Shown piece by piece: positions 52,691 to 64,000 of a DNA stretch of 64,000 bases (its first letter is position 1; each line of letters starts with the position of its first letter). The DNA comes from Camelus dromedarius (taxonomy: Eukaryota). A program made the position numbers and the translations under genes. Below the pieces are notes generated by a model, which searched no databases, was not told the DNA's origin, and worked only from the letters and a program-made list of their open reading frames with translations. Location of the stretch: the NCBI RefSeq assembly GCF_036321535.1, contig NC_087447.1:34846001-34910000 (forward strand), in the 5' to 3' direction.

Positions 52691-55600
52691 CTGGGCAGGA
52701 AGACCCTCAGCTGCCCTCTCAGTGGGTAACTAAAAGGCAGCCCTTTTGCTGTTTGGAACCTCTGTTTCCTCCTGATCATCCTCACTGCATAGGTGTCTTG
52801 TGATGCGAAAGCCCTTTGACAAGGTGGGGGTGGGCTGGTATTCTTTTCATGGTCGTTTAATAGAAACCACCACAGCTCCTCCTCCCTCTTGAAGCTTCCC
52901 CCAACACCTTGGCCTCCAGACTTGTCCCTCTTCTGACCTCAGCCACTTAACGTTTCATGTCACCCAGCGTGACAACTAATCATTAAGTGTATCTGGGGCG
53001 GAAAAAGTATCTAGACCTTCATCTGGTCCAACAAGAAGGACCCGTGCTAAGACCCTCTCTCCTGCACTCAGGAAACTAGCAATCTAGGCAGTGACAAATC
53101 GTGCCTTGTTCTCTGCTTGCTCTGTGTGTCAGCCTAATCTCCAAAACAAAACTACCAGCTCCCTGTGGGCAAGGCCAGGCCTCATCCTTCTCTCCTGACA
53201 GCTGCATCCCCATACCATCCTGAGTGTACCAGTCATGGTGGCTTGGAGCCCCCATCAGGGAAAGAGTTGGAAGCCTTGCCCCATAGGTCCCAGCCTTCTT
53301 GCTAAAGGATCCTCATGCTCCTAGTAGCCAGGACAATCCTCCTCTTTGCTACCTCACCCCACGTGCCCTGCTTCCCACACCACCTCACCACATCATGAGC
53401 TCGCCCCCAACTTGACAGTGACTTCTGTCTTTTTCTTCTGAGGTCCCTGGAGCTGTGTATCCCTCCAAGCTGAGGAGAGGAAGGATCCTTCTCTGACCTA
53501 CATCAGACCATCTGCAAGGCTTGAAACAGAGTGGCAGCTTTGTGATCTGCTCCTTCAGCCAACAAATATGTTCTGAGCATCCACCCTCTGTGCCTGGATG
53601 TGTGCTGGGGAAGTGGTGAACAGGCAGGCCGGGCTCTGTCCTCCAGAAGCTCACACACCAGCAGGAAGGACCACTGGCCCCTCCCCCAGCCCTCGGAAAG
53701 CAAAGCTGCTCATGCACGATGGTGGTCCCTTCTATCCATTCTCTGGAACAGGGATGAAAGGAACCTGGTACCAGCCCCCTGGTGTCTTGGCTACAGTACA
53801 GGGGAGTGCAGAAGGAAGAAGCGGAGAGACTCTCATGATGAGCTACTCAAAATGGTTTTTCCGTGTCATTTGTCAATCAGGTCCCTGGATTTGACATATG
53901 GACCCAAACTCACCTCTCCCTCCCCTCCCACCAGGGCTCCCCTGGGCGGCTCCTGTGCCCTAGTGCTTGCCCCAGAGTGCCCGAGTCTGCCACGGGTACA
54001 CTCGGAGCCCCTTGCTTCCCTTATATCTTTCACATCCCCTAGCACAGGCCTGAGAGCTGGAGCTCAAAGGACAGCTGATGGACAAGTCTAAAGGGAAAAG
54101 AAGCAGTCAAATTGGACTGAGCCAAACTGAATGACCCTCTCCTAGGCACATAGAAACTGATTGTTTTTTTAAAGGAGGGACATTTCCTGATCCATCTGCT
54201 CTTCACTGAATATCCCTTGAACCGCTTCTGAAGGTAAGCCTTTCCCTGGCAAATTTCTGTTCTTGTCTCCTCCTTTGAACTCAGAGGTGAAATTAATGTC
54301 GGGATCTCAGGCCACTTCTCTCTCCCCCCACTTCTTCTTTCTGACATCAAAATCAGTCTCTGCCTTTCATACCCACTTGGGAGGGGGATGGGCTCTGCTA
54401 ATGAATGTTTGAGAAGCCCTTTGAGATCTGGATGAAAGGCATCTTATAAAATACAATTAAAAATAATAGGGGTAATTACTAGCTGGGCTAGTCCCTGCAG
54501 GATAATTAGAGAGTTCTCCTCTGCAGATTCTGAATTCATGCAGAAACACATGAGTCCACAAGGCAAACTGATTTGACATTTCAGGGGCCTTGGTTATACT
54601 TCCTCCATTCCAGGATCATGTACGAGAATCTTTCTGAAATCTGAGGAGCATCACAGAAGGCCAGAGCTGGAAAGGATCTTTGAGATGATCTGTCCTACCT
54701 CCTTGATATGCAGGTGAAGCCAGTGAGGCCCAGAGAGGCAAAGTGACTGGCTCAAAGTTGCACAGCGAGTGTGAGAGAGCCATACCTTGGGAGGTCCAGT
54801 CCTTGGATACCCCAATTCTGGGGCTCCCATCACCACTCCTCATCAATAATACCCCTTTTCTAATCTCTGCATGTCAGTCACTTTCTGATATACAGGAGAG
54901 CACTGGAATAAGAGTCAGATAGAGCTGAGTTCAAATCCTGGCTCTGACATGTGTGAAAGACAGTAGTGGACAAGTAAGCCTCAGTTTCCTCATGTATAAA
55001 ATGGGAATAATGGTGCCTGCCTCACAGACGTGCTGTGAGGAGCCAGAGAGCCAAGTGCACAGAACATGTGTTCAGTCAATGCTGCTTGAATGAATGCTTC
55101 AAGAATAAGCCTTGGCAATGCTAGGGTTTGACCTACAGTTAATGCGCACCTATTACGTGCCAAACGCTGTGCTAAGCTCCCAGTACTTTATTTCATTTCA
55201 TTATCACCACATCCCCATGAGGTCAGCCATGTGAAATCAAGGTTCCGGGAGGTTAGCTACCTGAGTCCAAGGCCACACAGCTGAAGAGGAGGCAGGACTT
55301 GAACCTGTGCTTTCAGCCACCATGCAATACTGCCTTCCCCCATGAAAAGAGGCATGAACATTGTTGTAACTACAGTGGAGCCCCCAAAGGATTCTCTGCT
55401 GTGACACAGGGGAGGTGTGATGGAGGGGGTGGGAACAGTCACAGCCTAAGATGATCCACTGAAGCACTTTTACCTTCAAGGTTATGAAAGTAAAACTCTT
55501 CTCCTTATGTAAGATTATTTATTCCGAGGGGCTGCGCTGATGCAAGTCACGTGATCTCCCTCAAGAAGGGCAGTCAGTAGCTGGAGCTGAACTTAGAATC

Positions 55601-57187
55601 AAGAAGTCCAGATTTGGGTCTTGGATCTGCTCCTCAGAAGCCGAGTACATTTTTGCTCAAGTCCCTTCAGTGCTCCGTCTTCAGAGTCCCACATTCCTGG
55701 TCCATTGGGCGACATTCCCACTTTACCCCTCACATGGGTCTTCTGAGGCTCAAATGGGAATGAACACAGCCGTACTTCATCAGTTGCAGCCTTCTGCACA
55801 AATGGAAATCATTACTGTTACTACTGATAGTTTTGAAGATTGTCAGTGTGATAAGGAGGTGGCTGGAAGTCCCAGGCTGGTGGTGGACTTCAGGAGGACT
55901 GACTCAACACATGTGGCAGGCGGGGGACAATACACATTACTTGTCTTTGAAGGACAGTTCAGCACGTTCCTAGCTCTGAGCTTGTTATTTGGTTGGAAGA
56001 TGGCACTTTAAGAGACCAGCCCTTTGAAATTCCATTGTAAACCTGGTGGGTCCCATTTATTTCAGCTGAGACCCAAGATTGGCACCTGCAGTGTCACATT
56101 CTCTACTTCTGTACGTGTGGAAGAAACCAGCCTTGGTGAAAGGCTGCTCACCGGGTGAGGCCGGCAAAGGAGGAAGGAAGCCAATCTGAGAGTTGTTAAT
56201 CACTCCCTGGGGATTTCCTCATCAATCAAGACTTTTCCAAATACCTCCTAGAAACGAGAATAACCAGGACTGTGTTCTTCTGAACTACCCTGCTCAGAAT
56301 GGATAGATCTGAGTCATCCCCTCCAGAGACTTCCAGGGCTGACCAAGCAGATGACAGTGCCTTAGACTGTCAAAGTCACCCTCTGTCAGTCTTCGGCATT
56401 TAACACCACCAAGATGGGAGGCTCACTCGCTCACACTCGAGACACTCTCCAGTCTCCAGGTGATTCTCATTCACTGCTCAAGGCTCTCCAGCTCCACTGG
56501 TAACATGTCAGCCCCGAGACACCCCTTCCCAAGACTAAATCTCCCACGTTAAGAGGGATGAGATGGTAACACCAAAATTACACAGGTTTAGGCATCAGAA
56601 AGAAAGGCTTGCCTTTCCTGGATCAACAACTCATCGGCTGTGTGACTTTGGGAAATTTAATTAACCTCTCTGAATCTTGGTGTGCTTATCTTTAAAACAA
56701 ATAATAATCATCAGTACTCTTCTGGATTATTCTAAAAATCCAAATTAACAGAGAGAAAGTATTTGCACATAGCAGGCATTCAATAAACAGTAGTCTTTAC
56801 ATGACAAGATTCATTCATTTTAGAAACACGTGTTGAGGGCTTACTTTGTGCCAGGCACTCTGCTGGGAGCTGCACACAGGAGAGCAGACTAGAGTGGAGA
56901 CAGAATGGGCTTTGATGTCAGAGACCTGGGTCCTAATCCAAATTCTACCATTTACCAACCCTGTGACCTTGGATAGTGGACTGACGGAGACTCCCTGAGC
57001 CACACTCATCTCATCTCTGCACAGGGATGTGGTGGAGATTCAGTGAGATGACTCACAGCAAGCACTGAGCCCAGGACCTGGCTCAGCATGAGTGCTGGAT
57101 AAGTGGGAACCATATTGCAAGTCAGTGTTGCTGAGTACATGAGGCAGTTAATGCAAAGCCAAGGTCAGGCAGGACAGTGGACATTTT

Positions 57188-57664
57188 TCTTTTTGCTTTT
57201 TTTAATTGAAGTATAGTCAGTTTGAAATGTTGTGTCAATTCCTGGTGTAGAGTATAATATTTCAGTCGTGCACGTACATACCTGTATTCCTTTTTATATT
57301 CTTTTTCATTATAGGTTACTACAAGATATTGAATATAGTTCCCTGTGCTGTACAGTAGGATCTTATTTTTATATGCAATAGTTAGTATTTGCAAATGTCG
57401 AACTCCCAATTTATCCCTTCTTACTCCCTTTCCCCCGTTAACCACAAGTTTGTTTTCTATGTGAGTCTGTTTGTTTTGTAATTAAGTTCATTTGTGTCTT
57501 TTTTTTTTTTTAGATTCCACATATAAATGACATCATATGGTATTTTTCTTTCTCTTTCTGGCTTCCTTCACTTAATATGATGATCTCCAAGTCCGTGTTG
57601 CTGCAAGTGTTCACAGCAGCACTATTTATAATAGCCAAGACATGGAAAAACCTAAATGTCCATT
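57188..57664 (-). mobile_element. L1 3' end with 5' inversion (twin priming)
   Basis: 57188-57606 is minus-strand L1 3' end; 57607-57664 is a plus-strand L1 ORF2 piece; TSD gacagtggacatttt at 57173-57187 and 57665-57679. Confidence 0.88.
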
Positions 57665-58289
57665 GACAGTGGACATTTTATTGCACAGAATTTAAAGTAA
57701 TCTCATTTAAAGTTATGGTTCCTGACACTGGACTCTGAACTGCTTCCTTTGTCCACTTATTTTCCCAGGGAAATAGATCCTTGAATACAGAGGGACAAAA
57801 TCCTATCCCTTTCGCTATGTTGTGTTGCTGAGAGAAGACAGGGGTCAAGGCAGGGGTTCAGGACCAGCTCCAGCTTCTGCTCAGAGCAGGGAAACTAAGG
57901 CAGAAGGTCAGTCATGAAGACGGGACGACATCGGGGAGGGGAGCAGGTGGGAGAAGAAAACTCAGGAGGCATGAGGGCTCCCCGACCCTGTCAGCACAAG
58001 GCTGGGACAGCACTGGGACCCCTGGGCCCAACCCTGGGGGTCACCCTCAGCTCGGGGATTGCTCAGAGCTGATTCTGTCCATTCAGGGTCTCTGTGGGGC
58101 TGAGAAAGGCAGCAGCTGACAAAGATATCACTACTAATCCTAGTCTTTCTCTTCATTTGAGCCACCGGACTCAGGGAGAAGCTGGTGGAAGCGCAAAAAA
58201 GAGTGTCATTTTGCCTTAATCCTACAACATCCATGCAAAGTGCCTCTCCTGCTTGTGCTTCAGGTAATAACGGTAAAGGAAAGCCATGC

Positions 58290-58410
58290 TGTTCAACCTA
58301 CATATAAGTCCCCTGGGGTTTTATAAAAAAGCAGATTCTGATTCAGTGGGTCTGAGTGGAGCCCGAAATTCTGCATCTCTAATAAGTTTCCAGGTGATGC
58401 GAGGCTTCCC
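58290..58410. mobile_element. MER5A-like hAT-Charlie MITE
   Basis: gcagattctgattcagtgggtctgagtggagcccgaaattctgcatctctaataagtttccaggtgatgc. Confidence 0.75.
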
Positions 58411-58772
58411 TGAAACTCTCTGCCTTTGAAACATCGAAATGTTAGGAAAAACAATCTTTAAAACACATTTTCAAATCAGTGGAGGAGACTTCAAGGAAGG
58501 GAAACCTAAGGCCAGGAGTGAAGCCTGACCCTTCCTAGTGGATGCATGTGAAGAGATGGTCATTACCCTGGGGGATCCTACAGTCTCATGGCCTAAAACT
58601 GTTCAACAGAGAACTCTGCTAGGAACAGGGGAAGGGGTAATGCTCTGCATTAATTTTGTACCCATGCAGGCCGGGGTGTCACATTGGAGAGCCCTCCACA
58701 TAAAGCCAGGATTCAGAAAGAGCTAAGGCCTGAGGAAAGGGTGATTGAGAAGAACAACAAAGAAAGGAAACA

Positions 58773-58957
58773 GGGGCGAGGGTATATCTCAGTGGTAGAG
58801 AGCATGCCTAGTATGCACAAAGTCCTGGGTTCAATCCCCATTACCTCCATCAAAAATAAACAAATAAACCTAATTAACTCCCCCCAACCCTCCCAAAAAA
58901 GAGAGAAAGCAAAAGACAAAAAACAAACAAACAAAAAACCAAAGAAAAATAAAAACC
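58773..58957 (+). mobile_element. tRNA-derived SINE (camelid Vic-1-like) with long A-rich tail
   Basis: ggggcgagggtatatctcagtggtagagagcatgcctagtatgcacaaagtcctgggttcaatcccc..., same family as the 4061 copy. Confidence 0.85.
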
Positions 58958-60598
58958 AAGGGAAAGTGTCTGTGTCAGCCTTGGTTTGGGGTATCTGGAG
59001 AAAAATACAGTCCTCTGAGATCTGAGAGCTACTGGCTGACCCTCTTATGTGGCAGGAGTCTGAAATTACATGGTAGGTTGGTCTTAGAACCCTCCAGATG
59101 ATCCTTAAATTTCAAGTGGACCATAGTCTGTGGTCACTATGTCCTGAAACCCAGTCGAAGCAATCACAAGTCCTCCTGCAGGAATGCACCTCAAGCCAGG
59201 CCATACAGAATTATCGTAGGATCCCACAAAGCAGGGCTCACAATAAAAATCTTAACACATCCAAGGAAACAGACCACCATGAGTGGGAGGCAGCAGCAAC
59301 AGCACACCATCGAATCAAGCCCACACAGACCTCAGATATTGGGATAAAGACTACCAAACAATTATGTGTAATATGTTTAAAGAAATAAAAAGAGAATAAA
59401 AAGTGAGCAAAGAGCAAGAGACTATAAAAACGACCAGGCAGATTTGAAAAAATTATCAAGTGCCTACTAACGATGAATATGTTTCCCTAGCTTTCTGTAT
59501 TAAAGTCAGTACACTTTCTACTAGAAAAGAGTTTGGAACATGCCCACCCTCTCCTTGGCCATTAAATGCAGCCTGCTCATACCCGCCCTGTGTCAGCAGC
59601 AGGGAATGTTATCGCACTTTCCTAGAATCATTCCTCCGCCCAGCGCATCCTTTCTTGGGCCACTCCTCCTGGCTCTGGGATTCCCTGGCTTCCTCCCTCG
59701 CCCCCCACGCCCCCACCCCCATTCCCACTTACTACTTCCAGCCCTCCTTCTTACTTAGGTGACACATCCAGACATTCCTTGGGTCCCCTCTCAACTCCAC
59801 ATGAGCCCCTCTTTCAAGGTGGGACCCTCAGTCCCAGTGTGAGGGGTCTCAAACGAGACTGCGCTAAGTAGGATTATAATCACGCCCCATTCTACCACTA
59901 CCACCTGTGTACCTGTTCACAAAGCACCTTTCGTGTCCACCAGAGCATTGTCGTTCTCACAGGCAGAGGAGACAGGCTCAGAGCCACCACCATCCAGCTA
60001 GAAGGCAACAGGACCCGGATTCAAAACAGGACTCACACCCAGGTTTTCATGGTGGCCCCGTGCTCGTTCTGCTGCTCACAGCTGCCTCCAATGAGAGCAA
60101 TGATCAATCACCAGCCAGCACTTTCTGTCCCCTTATTGTGTTAAACCCTTACCAGCCTTCATCAAACTGAATTGACGTTTCTTAGTCTTACCCAGTTGGT
60201 TGGGAAATCTCTGGGTCATGGCTAAATAAATATTTATGATCAAGAAAATGTTAATTTATGGCCCACCTGTCCAAAGGTAATCTGTCTCAGGCTACAGTCA
60301 GTGGAGCTGTAAGTGTAAGTTCTCTCAAGCAAGTGTAAGGGTAAGCTCAGCAGAGGGCGAAGAGGTACGGGAGGGAAACAGGGTCCTTATGTCTTCCCTC
60401 CCCCATCTCAAAGGAAAGATCTTGAAATCCCACAGAAGAACATTTTTTTTTTACTCTCAGAAACACAAAAGACCACATTACATGACAGGACGTGTAATTA
60501 GTACAGACATTAGGTAAACTGTGAAATTTCAGTCAGGGTTCTGTTAGTTTTACTCCTGGGAGATTTTCCAGCCAGAAACTGAAATGGAAATTTATGGG

Positions 60599-60630
60599 GC
60601 GCCCTCTTGTGGAAAGACCTATCACTGCAG
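60599..60630 (-). promoter_or_regulatory. Predicted CTCF site (core + upstream motif)
   Basis: Minus strand CTGCAGT-gataggtcttt-CCACAAGAGGGCGC. Confidence 0.7.
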
Positions 60631-60799
60631 GGCCACCCCAGCTACCTTTGCAGGTAAGAGGCCCTGAAGGAGACAGCGCCATGCACTGCCCGCTTCATGG
60701 AGTTTACATTCTAGTGCAGGCAGGTGGGGAAAGGAACGAGCAGCTAAATGGGCAAGATCCTTTCAGATAGTTAAAGAACATACAATAGGATTAGGCGCT

Positions 60800-61395
60800 C
60801 CTGAGCATATAGGAGAAAACTCCTAATTCAAAAAGATATATGCACCCCAATGTTCACAGCAGCATTATTTACAGTAGCCAAGACATAAAAGCAACCTAAA
60901 TTCCATCAACAGATCACTGGAAAAGAAAATGTGGTATATTTTTACAGTGGAATATTACTCAGTCATAAAAAGGAATGAAATAATGCCATTTACAGCAACA
61001 TGGATGGACCTAGAAATTATCAAAGTGAAGTAAGTCAGACAGAGAAAAACAAATGCCATATGATATCACTTATATGTGGAATCTTAAAAAACATGAGACA
61101 AATGAACTTATTTACAAAACAGAAACAGACTTACAGACACAGAAAACAAACTTATGGTACCAAAGGGGAAAAGGGAGGGAGGGATAAATTAGGAGTTTGG
61201 GATTAGCAGCTATAACCTACTACACATAAAATAGATAAACAACAAGGTCCTACTGTGCAGTGCAAGGAACTATATTCAGTATCTTATAATACCCTATAAT
61301 GAAAAAGAATATATATACATATAACTGAATCACTATGTTGTACACCAGAAACTAACACAACATTGTAAATCAAATATATTTCAATTTTTTAAAAT
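60800..61395 (+). mobile_element. L1 3' end (ORF2 C-terminus + 3' UTR)
   Basis: aaagatatatgcaccccaatgttcacagcagc...tgtacaccagaaactaacacaacattgtaaatcaa. Confidence 0.88.
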
Positions 61396-64000
61396 TTTGA
61401 TGAGTCATCAAAACTCAATTCCCTGAAAAAACAGGGTGGAGGTGATAGAGCATGCCTGGGTGGAGGGTGGTCAGGATAGGAGTACAAGTTGTACATTCAG
61501 GGAAGACTGGCTAGGAGAGGGGATGTGTCAAGAAGTTACCAACCATGTGGAGATAAGGGGCCAGTATCCCAGGCAGTGCAAAGGTCCTGAGGCAGAAAAT
61601 AAGCTCTAAGTGTCTGAGCACAGAACGCAGGTGACACAGAAGAAAGAGAAGCACTCCAGGAAATGAGGGTGGAGGAGCAGGAACCTCTGGGAACACCGCC
61701 TCCTGCAGGTGGGAAAACAGGGTTTGTTGTAGACTTTCAGAATGTGGGATTCTCACCCCTGCACCCATCCCCCCCACACACACACACCAGGGCCTTCGGC
61801 AAATCCAGCCAGCTCTGACTCAGACTGTCTACTTCTCTCATCTCCACAGCCACCCCCAGCCCATTATCCTCCTCTCCTACAGCAGCTTCCTAACGGAGCT
61901 CCTTGCCCCTGAAAGGCAGTCTCTTCTCAGCAGAAAAGTGATCTTTGTAATGTAAACGGATAGCATGTCTTCCTTGCTTAGAACTCTTTGATGACGGTGC
62001 ACTTAGAATTAACCCAACTCTTAGGCAGTCCTTCTCCCTCTCTCTGCTCCAGCCATAGTAAAAGCTAACCTCTTTTCTGTCTCAGGGCCTTTGCACTTGC
62101 AGTTCCCTGCACCAGAAATGCTCTTCCCCTGGTTCTTGTCGAGTCTGGCTCCTTTTCATCCTCCAGGGCTCAGCTTAAACATCTCCCCCCATAACTCCAG
62201 ATCCCATCCCCTATTGATTTCCATCATGGTAAGCTTCACAGCCTGTAACTATTTTATTTAGTCATTGTTTTCTTGCTTTTTGACTTTTTCCATGTTGGGT
62301 TTTGCCATCCATGAGGGTAGAGACCACAAAACTTTCACCCACCGCTGACTCCTCCATTGCCTGGCAGAGCTCCTGGCATTCGAAGTATATTTCTGGAATG
62401 AACAAATGAGCTCCCGCAGATGGGAGCCAGTGTGGATCTTAGGGATGATTTAGCCCAGCAGCTTTCAAATTCTATATTTAGCATAGAACCTCCTTCCAAA
62501 TGGAATCTTAAACAGAACCTCAGAGCTGAGACACAGCAGATGTGTGCCCTGCCCTTCTGGTTCTGTCCTAGTGCCACCAAGAGCCCCAACTGAGCTGAGG
62601 ATGCCATGGGCTCTTGAGAAACCCCCCAGGTGGCTGAGTTGTCAGGAACTGCCCCTCAGCTTAGCATTTCTCTGGCTGATGCCTCTCCTATGATCCTTAG
62701 AATGGAAGAAGGCTGGGAACATGGCATTTTGAATTGTCACAAGCAATTTAGGAAGTGGTTAGAGGTAAATGTTTTGGAGGAAATCTTCACATGGAAACAT
62801 ATCTGAGAACCTAATGGCTCACTCCTGGGGTGTGTGTGAGCTCCTTGGTTTTTACTTCAAAGCATGGCAAGTGATTGTGGGCTCAGGCACACTGGGAGAA
62901 TTCCTGGAAGCTCTGTATACCCAGAGGACCACCCCCTTCTGACACTAGGCAGCACAGCCCAGTAGGCCCAAATGAAGGATGAGACAGCAGAGGCCTGGTT
63001 CTCAGAGCAGCTGGGTGCCCCGGAAGGGGCCTAGTTGTGTTGAACATCTTTTATGCCCCACTTCACATCTCCTAGGCTCACCTTTTCAACCTTGGCCATT
63101 GCTGTGGCAACCAGCGGTAAAACAGCTATCCAGAACATCTCTTGCTTTCTGATGGCGACTTATTAGCTGTGTGATCTTGGGCAAGTTGCTTACCCTCTCT
63201 GTATCTCACATTCGTCATGTGGAAAAAGGGGATGATAAGGGTACTTGCTTTATATGGGTGTAATAAAGATTGTATGAGTTACTAAACGTGAAGTGCTTAT
63301 AACAATGCCTGGCACAGAGTAAGTACTACTGAGAAAAGAGACATTGCTATCATTATTATTATTATTACTCCGTCTAGGACTGGATGCTAGAGGAGGGAGA
63401 CCAGGCTTCCTAGCTCCGAGTCTGCTAAGTTGGAGCCTGACTTGCCGAGGATGGGAGTTGACTGCAGCCCTCGGACCTATGGGTGGGAATGAGGTGGAGA
63501 GGACAGGAACCACCATTTCTGGAAGGTGCGAAATGTCAGTTCTCATAACACCTCAGGAGAAGATGCTCTTGCTCTCTAATTTTTAGAGGTGATGAAACCA
63601 AGGCTTAGAGAGCTTGCGAGAGTTGCCCGTGGTCCCGTGGCCAGGAGTGGCTAACCAAGTCTCCAGCCAGGCCCTGTGAACCTGGGCCTGGTCCCCGTGG
63701 CCACCATGGGAGGCTGCAGAGGCACAGAAGGAAAGGAAGAGTCCCTGTTGTTTGCTGATGGGTAGTGTCCAGAGGTGGCAGAGAGGTGCCTCCCAGCCCC
63801 CTAGACCTGCCCACAAACACCCAGGGGATCAGCAGTCAGGGCTGAGAGGAAGGTAGGTCCTGAATACTGCCTCCCTGATGTACAGCCAGGGGGCTGGGCT
63901 CTGGGGGAGGTGGGCGGGGGATAAGGGTCTGTTGGAAAGTGTGACAGGCCAGGAGTCAGGAGCTGGATTTCAGTCCTGGCTCCCTGCGCAAATCCCAGGA

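Noticed and set aside
51028..54091. 157-aa (51028..51501) and 163-aa (53600..54091) ORFs
   Set aside because: No domain-like content, no convincing splice context, non-ATG starts; consistent with chance ORFs.
58773..58850. tRNA gene (A/B boxes, tRNA-like)
   Set aside because: A-rich tail, a second diverged copy with TSDs at 4061, and an imperfect cloverleaf indicate a tRNA-derived SINE.
26200..64000. MRGPRX-family GPCR or another gene upstream of ZDHHC13 (MRGPRX2 is the human neighbour as I recall)
   Set aside because: No ORF or fragment with MRGPR motifs (e.g. ERCLSVLWPIWY, NPIIYFFVG) was seen. Absence is uninformative because the neighbour may lie beyond the window.
1..64000. CRISPR arrays, operons or other prokaryote-type systems
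   Set aside because: The sequence is plainly mammalian; no regularly spaced repeats or gene-dense segment were seen.

Overview
Mammalian genomic DNA, very likely a camelid (tRNA-derived Vic-1-like SINEs and young L1 3' ends of the camelid type). Positions 1-26 kb hold the 5' half of ZDHHC13 (HIP14L, an ankyrin-repeat palmitoyltransferase) on the minus strand. Coding exons 1-9 (1007 nt, 335 codons + 2 nt) have canonical GT-AG sites and an intact frame; exon 10 onward lies off the left edge. A CpG-island promoter sits at ~25.35-26.2 kb. The other ~38 kb is repeat-rich intergenic DNA (L1, L2, MIR, MaLR/ERVL/ERV1 LTRs, hAT transposons) with no recognisable protein-coding gene. I found no convincing wholly new biological system. 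The best leads are local: a TSD-flanked chimeric L1/mRNA-like retro-insert in intron 2; an L1 fragment occupying the exon 8 branch-point zone; a solo ERV LTR with STAT/GAS motifs upstream of the gene; a CTCF site (core plus upstream motif) beside a triple-GAAA ISRE; a twin-primed inverted L1; and a His-to-Arg change at an ankyrin consensus position. Repeat family names and human comparisons come from recall, not from database searches.
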